Source of the DNA: Schizochytrium sp. TIO01 | Lineage: Eukaryota > Protista > Bigyra: Labyrinthulomycetes | Reading direction: 5' to 3' | Length of the DNA: 64,000 bases | NCBI GenBank assembly: GCA_004764695.1 | Contig: SMSO01000032.1 | Location: forward strand, 8,898,483 to 8,962,482 | Translations under genes and position numbers: made by a program | Notes under the pieces: generated by a model | Seen by the model: only the letters and a program-made list of their open reading frames with translations | The model's database searches: none | What the model was told of the DNA's origin: nothing | In this document: positions 54,904 through 64,000 of the stretch, piece after piece | How positions within the stretch are numbered: the stretch's first letter is position 1 | Layout of the letters: the number at the start of each line of letters is the position of its first letter

Positions 54904-57417
54904 ATGTCGGCAGCATCTCCTGCCCGAGCCTCAACACCGCTGGGGTCCATGTCTACAACAGGCTCAGAGGTATTTGCCGACGGCAAGAGCAAATCAGAAC
55001 GTATTCAAGAACTTGTACACCAAATGAAAATGGGCAACATCACCAAGAGCGAGCTGTTCACTCAACTATCATTGCTGCAAAGGACATCATCTACAGGAAC
55101 TAAGAATCGTGGAGCTCCAGATGACGCCAGCCATGGTGTATCGGTGGTGTCTGAAGAAGAAGAGCATGAATCTGGTAGTGAAGTTCAGAGTAGCGTTGCG
55201 GAAAGCCCTTATGATTTCATACTTCACCGGTCAGGTGCTGAGGGTCGCGGCTCAACACCGGAGCGACGCGCCCAAATTCTCCAGCGTTTGTTCGAGGAGA
55301 AACGCCGGCAGCGCCAGAAAGCGGCAACGCCATCAGTAGGAACTTCTGCATCTGTAGCCTCTGGAAGTAGTCACATGCGACCTGATACTCCTTCAACTTT
55401 GGAGAGCGCTGATGTACATCATGGTAACGTGGCTGCGTACTCGCCAAGAAGCGCGCGGCCTTCATCAGCCACCTCGTGGGTTCCTTGGGAAGGCGCAGAT
55501 GATGGCAATAATATTCATCATTCGCATACGACCCAGGATGATGCACACCAGGTACTTGAACGCATGCGGCGCCAGCACGAGCATCACCAGGGCGGAAGTC
55601 AGTCCGCCGGTGGCGACGGGCAAAGACCACGACCTTCGTCAGCGCCACGACCGGTAGGCAGAAGACCTGATCTTTCACAGCGTGGAAGTGCAAGCTATTG
55701 GTACGAAACTCGTAAACGCAGGATGCAGCAGGACTTATTGGAAAAGCAACTTGAAGAGTGCACATTTCGACCCAAGATCAGAGACCTGCCCTCGGAATAT
55801 GGTACTGGAAGACACCCTCGCGTGCGAGGTAACTTTCAAGAACGTGTTGATACTTGGAACCAGAGAAAACGTGAAGAGACTGAGCGAAAACGGCGCGAGA
55901 AACAAGCTTCGGAACTCGATGGATGCACGTTTCAACCACAAATCAACCGCAGCAGGAGTCGAAGTCGCGGTCGGCCAATGACCCCAGGACGCAACAGCGA
56001 TGCAGGATCTTCTATCGGCTCGCCAATTTCGGCTCGACGTGCTGATGAAGATGTATATGGCGATGAAGATGGTCTTCGAGAAACTATGAGTGAGGCTGGC
56101 GCGTCTCGGCATGGCAGGTCAAATCCCTATGAACGTCTTTACCGTCAGAACAACGCAGAGAAAATCGCTGCAATGCAAGCCAAGGCACGTGCTGATGAAG
56201 AAGAACGCATGCGCCAAGAGTGCACTTTTAAACCAAAGCTTTCTGATTCTGTACAGTTCCCTGGGCGCTCACGGTACATGAAGGGCACTGCGTCTCAACC
56301 AGCCAGTGCTCGTGGAACTCGCGGTGTGGGAGAGGTGATGTCTGAGAGTGGAGTATCAACCCCTTCGTCACGAGCACGTCGCAAGTCTGCGTGGGATGAA
56401 CAGTGTACATTTACCCCGCAAACAAACCCTGTACACCCCAAGATGGAGGCTGCTCAAGTTTATCTTTCAAACGATATCTTCACTCGCTTGTCTCAGCCTC
56501 GCGAAGCACTGTACCAACGTCGCGAAGCAGATTCAGGAAGTGAAGTGAGCCCTGGCAGCGGGGATGATGACCGGGTTATGGATATGGAGACCTTTATGGC
56601 AAGTCTTGGTGATGCGCAAGGGGATGCTAACTCTTCAAAGGGGGGCAAACAAAGGCCGGGTTCTGCACCTCGTCAGCGACCATCAACAGCTGAAGGAGCA
56701 AAGGCATTGACGGCGGAGGAGCGCAGGGAGCGTCGTAAGTCGTTTGAGGCTTTTCTGGCCCGCCAGAGTCACAGTACTGTGCGCAAACAGCAAAAGATTG
56801 CACAGGTAGCGCAACGCACCAACCCTTCTCATAAGCCAGAGCTTTGCGCGAAGTCACTCTCCATGGCAAATCAACGCGCGAAGGGAGATTTTCTGCAGCG
56901 GGTTGCAAAGGGTGCGATCCGGCGTGAGCATGAGGCTGTTCGCCGGAAGTCAAGTAGCCTCGACCCAGAGTGTACGTTTCATCCTAAAATCACGCGTGTT
57001 GGCCAGTCCCGGCCTGCGCGCACGACGCTGGAGATGAGTCGCGGCGATAGTCTTCGAAAGGAGACCAACGCTCGGCTCATGAAGTTGCGTGTGGAGCAGG
57101 AGGAGCTCCAAGATTTGACGTTCACACCTGAGTTCCAGGCACGCCACAAGGCTGCTGAGGGTCGCCTGAAGATCCTCTCCGAGCCAGACACTTATATTCG
57201 TCGCTTGCAGCACAAAGATACTTTACAGTCTCATAAACAAACCAAGGCTGCTCAGGATCAGGAAATGAAGGAGCTGGAGGAGTGTACATTTAAGCCCGAG
57301 ATTCATGATGCGCCAGCGTATGTGAAGCGGATTGTCCGCTCGCTGGCCCTCGCGAAACCTGCTCGAGAGGCTCAGGCTGCAGCTGAAAAGGAGCACGCCC
57401 GTCCCGAGTGGCGTTAG
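54904..57417 (+). CDS. CTFxP-repeat protein, probable microtubule/flagellum-associated
   Basis: 837-aa ORF with seven (C/L)TFxP repeats (ECTFRPKI, GCTFQPQI, ECTFKPKL, QCTFTPQT, ECTFHPKI, DLTFTPEF, ECTFKPEI) and RPxSAP motifs. Function is inferred. Confidence 0.8.
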   Translation: MSAASPARASTPLGSMSTTGSEVFADGKSKSERIQELVHQMKMGNITKSELFTQLSLLQRTSSTGTKNRGAPDDASHGVSVVSEEEEHESGSEVQSSVAESPYDFILHRSGAEGRGSTPERRAQILQRLFEEKRRQRQKAATPSVGTSASVASGSSHMRPDTPSTLESADVHHGNVAAYSPRSARPSSATSWVPWEGADDGNNIHHSHTTQDDAHQVLERMRRQHEHHQGGSQSAGGDGQRPRPSSAPRPVGRRPDLSQRGSASYWYETRKRRMQQDLLEKQLEECTFRPKIRDLPSEYGTGRHPRVRGNFQERVDTWNQRKREETERKRREKQASELDGCTFQPQINRSRSRSRGRPMTPGRNSDAGSSIGSPISARRADEDVYGDEDGLRETMSEAGASRHGRSNPYERLYRQNNAEKIAAMQAKARADEEERMRQECTFKPKLSDSVQFPGRSRYMKGTASQPASARGTRGVGEVMSESGVSTPSSRARRKSAWDEQCTFTPQTNPVHPKMEAAQVYLSNDIFTRLSQPREALYQRREADSGSEVSPGSGDDDRVMDMETFMASLGDAQGDANSSKGGKQRPGSAPRQRPSTAEGAKALTAEERRERRKSFEAFLARQSHSTVRKQQKIAQVAQRTNPSHKPELCAKSLSMANQRAKGDFLQRVAKGAIRREHEAVRRKSSSLDPECTFHPKITRVGQSRPARTTLEMSRGDSLRKETNARLMKLRVEQEELQDLTFTPEFQARHKAAEGRLKILSEPDTYIRRLQHKDTLQSHKQTKAAQDQEMKELEECTFKPEIHDAPAYVKRIVRSLALAKPAREAQAAAEKEHARPEWR

Positions 57418-58367
57418 GTAGTAGGGTAGAAGGTACCATCTCGTAACATGACAAATTGCTAATTTTTCTACTTGTGTCAGTTGTTTTTTTCATTTCGAGT
57501 CCATCACTGCGACGTTTCATTGTTGGCAAGGTTTGTATAGTTCATGCAGAAATACCTTTGCTTCTTGCATAGCCTTGCATAGCTTGTCAAGTGAATGATC
57601 ATTGTAGGTTGTTGTTTTAAGTAGTTGATGAAGGTCAAATTGAATCAGTGAATAGCATTTTAATCTTTTGTTTTGGTCTTTAGTTTTTTTTTTGTTTCTT
57701 TCAAACGGGTAGATGAAAGTGTCGTTGAAGGTTTGTGATGATGAGGATATAGCGTGACTTAGCAAAGCAGGGTCGTCATGCGGGAGAGCAGCAAAGAATT
57801 TAACTAGCCAGCTATCTTTCCGCCGGTACTTTGCCCGCACTAGTCCTTTGGAGGAGGTTGAGTCAGTGAGATGAGAAGCTAGAGCTTCGGCATCTTTTTT
57901 ATATGAGCGCACAGGGAGTCAAACCCCTGGCAGTGGAGAGAAAGTAGTGATTGGTAGAAGTGTTGTTGTATAGTTGTACGAAAGGTTGAAATAAGCGAAA
58001 GTGGTGCTTCTCAGTTAATTGCTCCGCAGTACCGCTGTCGATTACATTCCTATCAGAGAAAAACGTGTTCCCTGTGAACTCGTCGATGTGGTAATATCGG
58101 ACGCAACTGAGCCACCAGCAAACAATCTGTTACGGACAGGCATTTTCTCTAGCCCACGACCGCCAACCTATTATCAAGGCCACATCTCCCACACTTGCTA
58201 TGATTGAGGCAAGCCAATGCACCAATTAATCAGTCAATGAATCCCATTAATCAGGCGTCCATGCGTGCATTCCATGTCTCGATCTCGCAAGAAGCGTGTG
58301 TGATTGAAGAGGAGGAGAGTTTAGTTGGTGAGCCAATGAGACGGAGAGCGCGTCATCTCTTGCCCAT

Positions 58368-59111
58368 TCACCCGCGGTGCCTGTAACGGTTGACGCGCTG
58401 TACCTTCATACCTCTGGCGAGCGAGAGGTCCTCTGGTGAGTGCATCTTGCCGAGCGCATCAAAGAAAGCGTAAACTACCGACGAGGTGGTTGTGCGTCCA
58501 ATCACCTTGGTCGTCGCGTTTTCGATGCCGACCACATCGCACAGACACTGAATAGTCGGGCTGGAGGTGAGACCGTTGTACGGCTTACAGGCACGCAAGA
58601 GAACACGCGTGTTGTTCTTCTTACCGACCACGTCGTAGAAGAGACCCTTGTCCTCGCTCAGCTCCACAGGCACCCAGTTCGTCAAAGCGTTGCGGTAGGC
58701 CTTATCAATGGCGGCGCGCACAGTGCGTCCCTTGCCGACCGCGAAGCCACCAGCGCCGTTGCCGTTGCCAGCGGCAACGAGGGCGCGGAAGGAGTTCACA
58801 CGGCCTCCCTTGGTGGTCTTGCGGGTGGAATCGACGGCAAGCACACGCGAGACGATCTGCATGCGAGGCTGCGGGGCCGGGGTGAAGCGGTTGCGCTTAG
58901 CAGGCTGACGGCGAGCGTTGTTTCCAGAGTCTGAGCTCACATCCGAGCTGCCCACGCCCTTGTTTGCGCGGAAAGGCTGCGCAACCTGACCAGGGGCAGG
59001 GGAAGAGGACGAGGACGAGAAGGCGCGCATGAAGGAGAACGAGGGAGACACCGGGGCAAGACCGGAGCATGCGGGGCGGAACACGCCGCGGGAAAGAGCG
59101 GCGGAGAGCAT
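58368..59111 (-). CDS. MRPS5: Mitochondrial ribosomal protein uS5m
   Basis: S5 motifs RKTTKGGRVNSFRALVAAGNGNGAGGFAVGKG and AIDKAYRNA; Ser/Arg-rich transit peptide MLSAALSRGVFRP; ATG in a GCCACCATG context. Confidence 0.9.
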   Translation of the reverse strand: MLSAALSRGVFRPACSGLAPVSPSFSFMRAFSSSSSSPAPGQVAQPFRANKGVGSSDVSSDSGNNARRQPAKRNRFTPAPQPRMQIVSRVLAVDSTRKTTKGGRVNSFRALVAAGNGNGAGGFAVGKGRTVRAAIDKAYRNALTNWVPVELSEDKGLFYDVVGKKNNTRVLLRACKPYNGLTSSPTIQCLCDVVGIENATTKVIGRTTTSSVVYAFFDALGKMHSPEDLSLARGMKVQRVNRYRHRG

Positions 59112-60522
59112 GGTGGCACGCGGGAGGAGAGAGCAGGGGTGAGCGCAGGCGCGGAGGCGGCTTTGTCTTCTGCCTTGGCCTGCTTTTGCCTGCTCCTGGC
59201 CTTGTCTGTGCTCTATCAGGTTTCTTGTGTTGGAGACGCGGGTTTGTTCTACTGTAGGAAACAATTTGTTTCATAGTATAGATATATATTTTCCACTTTA
59301 CTTCATTATTCTCTAGTGTCCGAAACTGCCTTGCTTTGCTTTGCTTCGCTTTACTTTGCTTTACAATTATGCCTCTCTTGCGAAAGGTCAATACCCACTG
59401 AAGAATGCAGCGAATAACTCACTTGCAGTGGACACGCTACAGTAGAGAATGCGCATTGTCTATAGTGCCGTGCTCCATGTAGGCGCAACTCAACATTCCT
59501 TCAAGTCGTTGCTAAAGAAACAAGTACCGCCTCTGCTGACTTTAGCTCTTCTTTCGCCGTGCCATCATCGCTTCGTGTCCTGCCTGCTCTCTATTGTTCG
59601 CTATCGCCATGATTTCACTCACTCACTCGTTCATTCATCAATTCATTCGCATACATCTGTCGATCGACTATCGATCGTTCGATTGATAGCCATAGTAAGA
59701 GCACTACTGCCATCGGTACTGCCAGCCAGTGCTAAGGTTAGGACTAGGTGCTGCTAGGCGCAGGATGTTCTCGCCTTTTCCATCTTTTCCTGTGGCTCTG
59801 GGCAAACGGGGAAACTTTAACGCCGGCTAAACTTAGGGCTTCGGGGATACAGGGGTGAAAAAGCCGAAGTGCGAAAACCAAACTTCTTCTATTTTAAAGT
59901 TAGAAAATATTCTATAGCTTCAAGTTGGGTAAAAACCCAAGCTAAAACGATTGCTTATTACATGCAGGGAAGGACTGGGTACCACGGTGCCTGATGTGAA
60001 GCAAGTTGCAAAGTATGTGGTGAGGTCGTTTAACAATTTTGAAACATCGAACAGATGGTCTAGGTTGAGAGGTTGCGTTAGTATCAGAGTTAGATTGTCA
60101 TACAGGAAAGGCACATCTCTCCCTGCCTACGACCAATGTATTATTGCGTTTAAATTAAGAAGACGCTCGGAAATGCATGATAACGCATAGCATTCATATC
60201 TTTCAAATGCTGAATTTCTTTTGTTCAGAAACACGCGTCTATCCCTAAAGCTAATCTGAAAGTACATATGCGCAAGTCTGCTTTTGCGAAACACAGGGAA
60301 ACGCATTTCCTTAATTTCACAAGATGGGATGTTTGTTAATTTCGTAGGTTTAACGTAATCACATCTGTTGATATATTTAAACAAAACTAACAGCGCTAAT
60401 GGTGTTACATGGAAACCCCCCTCACCCCAGCATATCTTGTTGTTTAGATTGCTTGGGTCTAACTTATGATACATTGACAGCTCTTTCATTCAGCCTGAAA
60501 GGTATCCATGGAAATGCAGATG

Positions 60523-61989
60523 CTATCCCATGAAACCGAGGAGTGGCTTAGCAAGTGCGCGAAGTGACCGGGACTTGGCTAGACTAGGCTTCATTCGAAT
60601 GATCTGACACGCAGTGTAATCAGAGAAAACCTCGTTTGTCTTAGCTCCATAGTGACGCATATCTGTTGGTGTCATAGGATCGTGTTCACCGCCAAACGAG
60701 AGCGGCTCAAGATCAATAAGGTGAAAGGCTTTAGCAAACGGTGTGCTCTCAACAACATCTCGTGCAATAAGATTCAATACGTGCACACGAGGTGCAGTCA
60801 TTGCCCACTTCCGACGATCAGTAAAGATCTTCTTGTAGTGAATAGGATGCACCGTAGTAGTGGTCAGATAAAATATATGCTGAAAGCTCGACTGAAGTGC
60901 GGCGTGGAGAATCTCTTCAAGTCGGTCCTTATAAAGATTTGTATCTCCATAAGCCGTTTCCCAAAGCCCCGCAACATTAATAAGAAGTACACCACCCCGA
61001 GATGAAGTTTTGAGAGCCTTGAGGTAGTTGTCTACGATCGTGCGATTACTCAATGGGCCCTTGTTAACTTCGCAATACGTATTAGGCCGTCGGGTCTGCC
61101 ACTGGGCGCACATATATGAAGGCTGAGAGTCACCCATTACAGTGATTGGGATTTCATCCCGTACCTCACATGTCCGGGTGTCGCCTTTATACCAGTGCCA
61201 CACTGTCTCCTCTGATTGGCGTACAAGCCATTTAGCATCAGCTTTGTCATTTATAAGATAGCTATCAGCTGCGATTTCCTTTGTCATTGAGCTAGAGATA
61301 TTGCCAAGGAAGCTGCACTTGGACGCTGGGTAGTTAACTAGGGCATCCGCCATCGATGAGTACTCCAGGCGCCAATGCAAAGAAACTGTGCCTGGGCAAG
61401 GGACATCAATAGATAAGCTAAAATACAACTTGAAATGGGTTTCATTTAGTTGATCGCGCTTGGTCAACTCCATCAAATTGGACCCAAACTGCATCCCATC
61501 TGTCAAGAAAACCTGCTTCCATTCCAGCGCACCATCGTGACACCATGGTCCACTGATACGAATAAAAAGAACTGGATCAGGGTACTCAGTTTCAATAGAG
61601 AACTCAAGAAAGTCGGTGCTCTGGACAACCTCTCCACCTTCCTCCGTGTCATCATCTATCGACACACTCAACTCCAGACCTTGACCGTACTCTTTGTCAT
61701 CATCCATGTCATCATCCATGTCACCTTCCTTGCTAACTTCTTCTCCATTAGGCCCTCTATTACTCATCACAGTGTCGTTCTCTGCAGCCGGGGTACCTTG
61801 AGCGTTGAAATTGGACTCGACTTTCGAAGCCGTAGTTTCGAGCGACGCTTTCTGCAATGAAGGTGCAATACCTATGATGGAGTACACAGGGTTTTGCTCG
61901 ATACCAAAGACCACCAGCGCCCATACGAAGGAGAGCAGAAGGCCCGACATGAGCAACATGCGGGGCATTTTGCCCACCGGCACCGCCAT
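60523..61989 (-). CDS. Type II membrane protein with SGNH-like (PC-esterase/TBL-type) acyl-esterase/transferase domain
   Basis: N-terminal TM helix (LLMSGLLLSFVWALVVFGI), acidic stem, GDS motif (VMGDSQ), INVAGLWE block and DxxH (DMRHY). Start taken as the ATG at 61989; an upstream in-frame ATG exists at 62079. Confidence 0.75.
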   Translation of the reverse strand: MAVPVGKMPRMLLMSGLLLSFVWALVVFGIEQNPVYSIIGIAPSLQKASLETTASKVESNFNAQGTPAAENDTVMSNRGPNGEEVSKEGDMDDDMDDDKEYGQGLELSVSIDDDTEEGGEVVQSTDFLEFSIETEYPDPVLFIRISGPWCHDGALEWKQVFLTDGMQFGSNLMELTKRDQLNETHFKLYFSLSIDVPCPGTVSLHWRLEYSSMADALVNYPASKCSFLGNISSSMTKEIAADSYLINDKADAKWLVRQSEETVWHWYKGDTRTCEVRDEIPITVMGDSQPSYMCAQWQTRRPNTYCEVNKGPLSNRTIVDNYLKALKTSSRGGVLLINVAGLWETAYGDTNLYKDRLEEILHAALQSSFQHIFYLTTTTVHPIHYKKIFTDRRKWAMTAPRVHVLNLIARDVVESTPFAKAFHLIDLEPLSFGGEHDPMTPTDMRHYGAKTNEVFSDYTACQIIRMKPSLAKSRSLRALAKPLLGFMG

Positions 61990-62580
61990 TGTCTCTACGA
62001 TGGCAGGGTGCTGACGACAATACCGTTCTACAGCTCCTCCATTACCAAGTCTACTGTCACGTTTGTGAGAATGGATCATTAGTAACTAATACCGTCACGT
62101 AGCTTACTTTTAAAATAAAAAGAAAGTTTTTCGAAGCCCCAGCGCTATCGCCGCTAATTCGCTTTTCAAGGAAGTTTGAAACTACAGCATGCACATGCCA
62201 GAGAGAGGTGACTTGCTTTCCGCGGAGACAGAGCTCCTTTCTAGAATCCTGACTTTGCTGTGAATTTCATTCAAGTTGTGACGTCCAGATTCTAAACGCC
62301 GCGACCAGCACCAGCATCGCCAGTGCTAAAATACCAAGTTTCCCAGTTTTCGCTTTTATTTCTCATGGAATTGCAAAGTTTAGAGATTTTTTACATAGTT
62401 CCTCCTAGTGCCTACCTACGTAGCTAGAGTACATAGTCAGATAGTAGAGTTTTGGAGTTTTTCTCGTATGACTTAAGTTTATACCCCAAATGAAGTTCCT
62501 AAAAGATTTTATGGAGTTGCCTCTGATGTGAGTAACCTGAGTTCGATTGCTCCATCGATAATAGCTACTTGCAATTATAA

Positions 62581-63209
62581 TTAGGATTCACATGGGACCT
62601 CGGCACAATGCAGCGGCAACCCTTCGCCCCAAGCGGCGTCTTTAAGGTCAGGAGGGTGGGAGGTTGGTTCATAGACCCTTGCGTGCTCACTCAGGTTGTC
62701 CTGGGAACGATGGTGCTCACATGGATTGCCGCGGTCGTCTACATGGCCGCAAGTGCACTTCTCTGGCAGCCGGGCACCTAGAGAAACGTGCAACTTTAAT
62801 TTCGAGTCCATGATGAAGAGGCGGCCGTCGTCTCGCGAGAATGAAAAAGTGGAAAAGTCGAGTAGTGTACCAAAGAGTCTGAAATCAAAAGTTCGTTTTT
62901 CTCGAGGCAGTTGAGGGTGGCAACAACTTCGATTGAGAAATTGATAGAACCTAGTGCCTTTCTACTCGGTTCACTCTAGGAAATGCAGAGGTTGAGCTGA
63001 CTTGTTGACCAGCACGAGAGACTATATGTGTACTCGTCGAGAGAATACAATCCTTTTGCTCTGTACATCTGCCTGATGCTACAATCTTGGGGAGACCTCC
63101 AGGTTCCCCGACTCATAACATATAGCTTTTTAAGACAATGTAATTTAGAAATGAAATTGAGATATTTGATCATTAGAGCCTTTTGTTTCTCAAGCAGTAA
63201 GGTATGCAA
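62581..63209 (-). mobile_element. Degenerate Mutator-like (MULE) transposase remnant
   Basis: SWIM finger LHVSLGARLPEKCTCGHVDDRGNPCEH followed by VYEPTSHPPDL. An upstream broken frame has LEKQKAL...LHCLKKL, resembling MULE SDRQKGL...HxxCxxHL. Stops and a frameshift are present; no TIRs identified. Confidence 0.55.
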
Positions 63210-63443
63210 CGGCGCGTATTGTAAAAGTGATGGTAGTTCTTGGTACTGTTGTAGTTGCAGGTGGGCGACTCTTGTTTGTTGTTTTCTTGATCACGGCGAA
63301 CAAATTTAGACACGCATGTACACACGAAGATGAATTGAGTGGGGCGGGATGCAATAGAATGCGATGGCAAGGAGCGGTCAGATAATGTTTGAGAGCGAGA
63401 AGAAAGAAAGTTTGCAAATGGGGTAAAATCAATGTGTAGTAGA

Positions 63444-63844
63444 TTAGTTGTTGAACTTAAAGTGCATGATGTCACCATCAAGGACCTGTTACGAATAAAT
63501 TACAAAGGAACACATCATGTGTTGAGTGTTAGTATGTTTGTTTGAATGAGTACTGTGTAAGAAAGTGCGAGGAACTCTCTGCGCCCATACAGTTAAAACA
63601 GTATTGTGTTTGTTTGTGGGGTGGGACGAAGATATAACTTACCTCGTAGTTGCGGCCCTTCATCATGAGCTTACCAGCGGCCTTGACGGCAGCCTCGCTC
63701 TTGAGCTCCATGAGGGTGTCGAACTGCATAACATCAGCAGAGATAAAGCCCTTCTCGAAATCAGTGTGAATGATACCAGCAGCCTTAGGCGCCATGGTAC
63801 CGACCTTCAAGGACCAAGCGCGGACCTCATCCTTGCCGGCAGTG
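63444..63844 (-). CDS. OLA1: Obg-like ATPase OLA1/YchF, last two exons (63844-63643, 63485-63444)
   Basis: [34 protein letters not shown]...GRNYE, then a GTAAGT...AG intron, then [13 protein letters not shown]. This is the YchF C-terminal domain; the 5' exons lie outside the window. Confidence 0.95.
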
Positions 63845-64000
63845 CTGTTGTATTACCAAAGTTTCATTAGTAAAAATGTCAAAGTCGATCGCATAATTTG
63901 CAAATTGCCATAAAAAGCGTGTCAGTCATTTCCTATTCTTTTCAGTATAGTTACATCAAGTCCGCCAAAAAGCAAAAATACCCATTTTGCCTTGGCTGCT

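Noticed and set aside
57904-57932. tRNA T-arm-like ggggtttgactccc on the minus strand
   Set aside because: No matching D-arm, anticodon arm or acceptor 5' strand.

Overview
Gene-dense eukaryotic nuclear DNA with few, short GT-AG introns, moderate GC and centriole/flagellar genes. My inference is a flagellated protist, most consistent with a stramenopile such as a thraustochytrid/labyrinthulomycete. About 20 protein-coding genes are recognisable: an AP2-domain factor (partial), a CAMK-group kinase, an ankyrin/coiled-coil protein, a 2527-aa TPR/CCCH protein, SAS-4/CENPJ, CAF-1 p60, a tandem pair of WDR5-like genes, a tRNA-splicing endonuclease catalytic subunit, RRP40, an ACP6-like phosphatase, a DUF1764 protein, an Air1/ZCCHC7-like zinc-knuckle protein, RFC1, IFT54 with a duplicated CH domain, a CTFxP-repeat protein, mitochondrial uS5, an SGNH/PC-esterase-like membrane protein and OLA1 (partial). 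An accessory island at about 32.3-40.5 kb holds orphan ORFs and the best candidate novelty: a 335-aa protein (37875-38882) joining the WDR76/Cmr1/CDCA7-type N-terminal helix and RxSxRL motif to a domain resembling the EVE/PUA-like modified-DNA reader of prokaryotic modification-dependent restriction enzymes. A decayed Mutator-like transposase remnant and several stop-interrupted frames lie in intergenic spacers. No rRNA, tRNA or CRISPR could be supported. All family calls come from motif recognition by eye, not from database searches.
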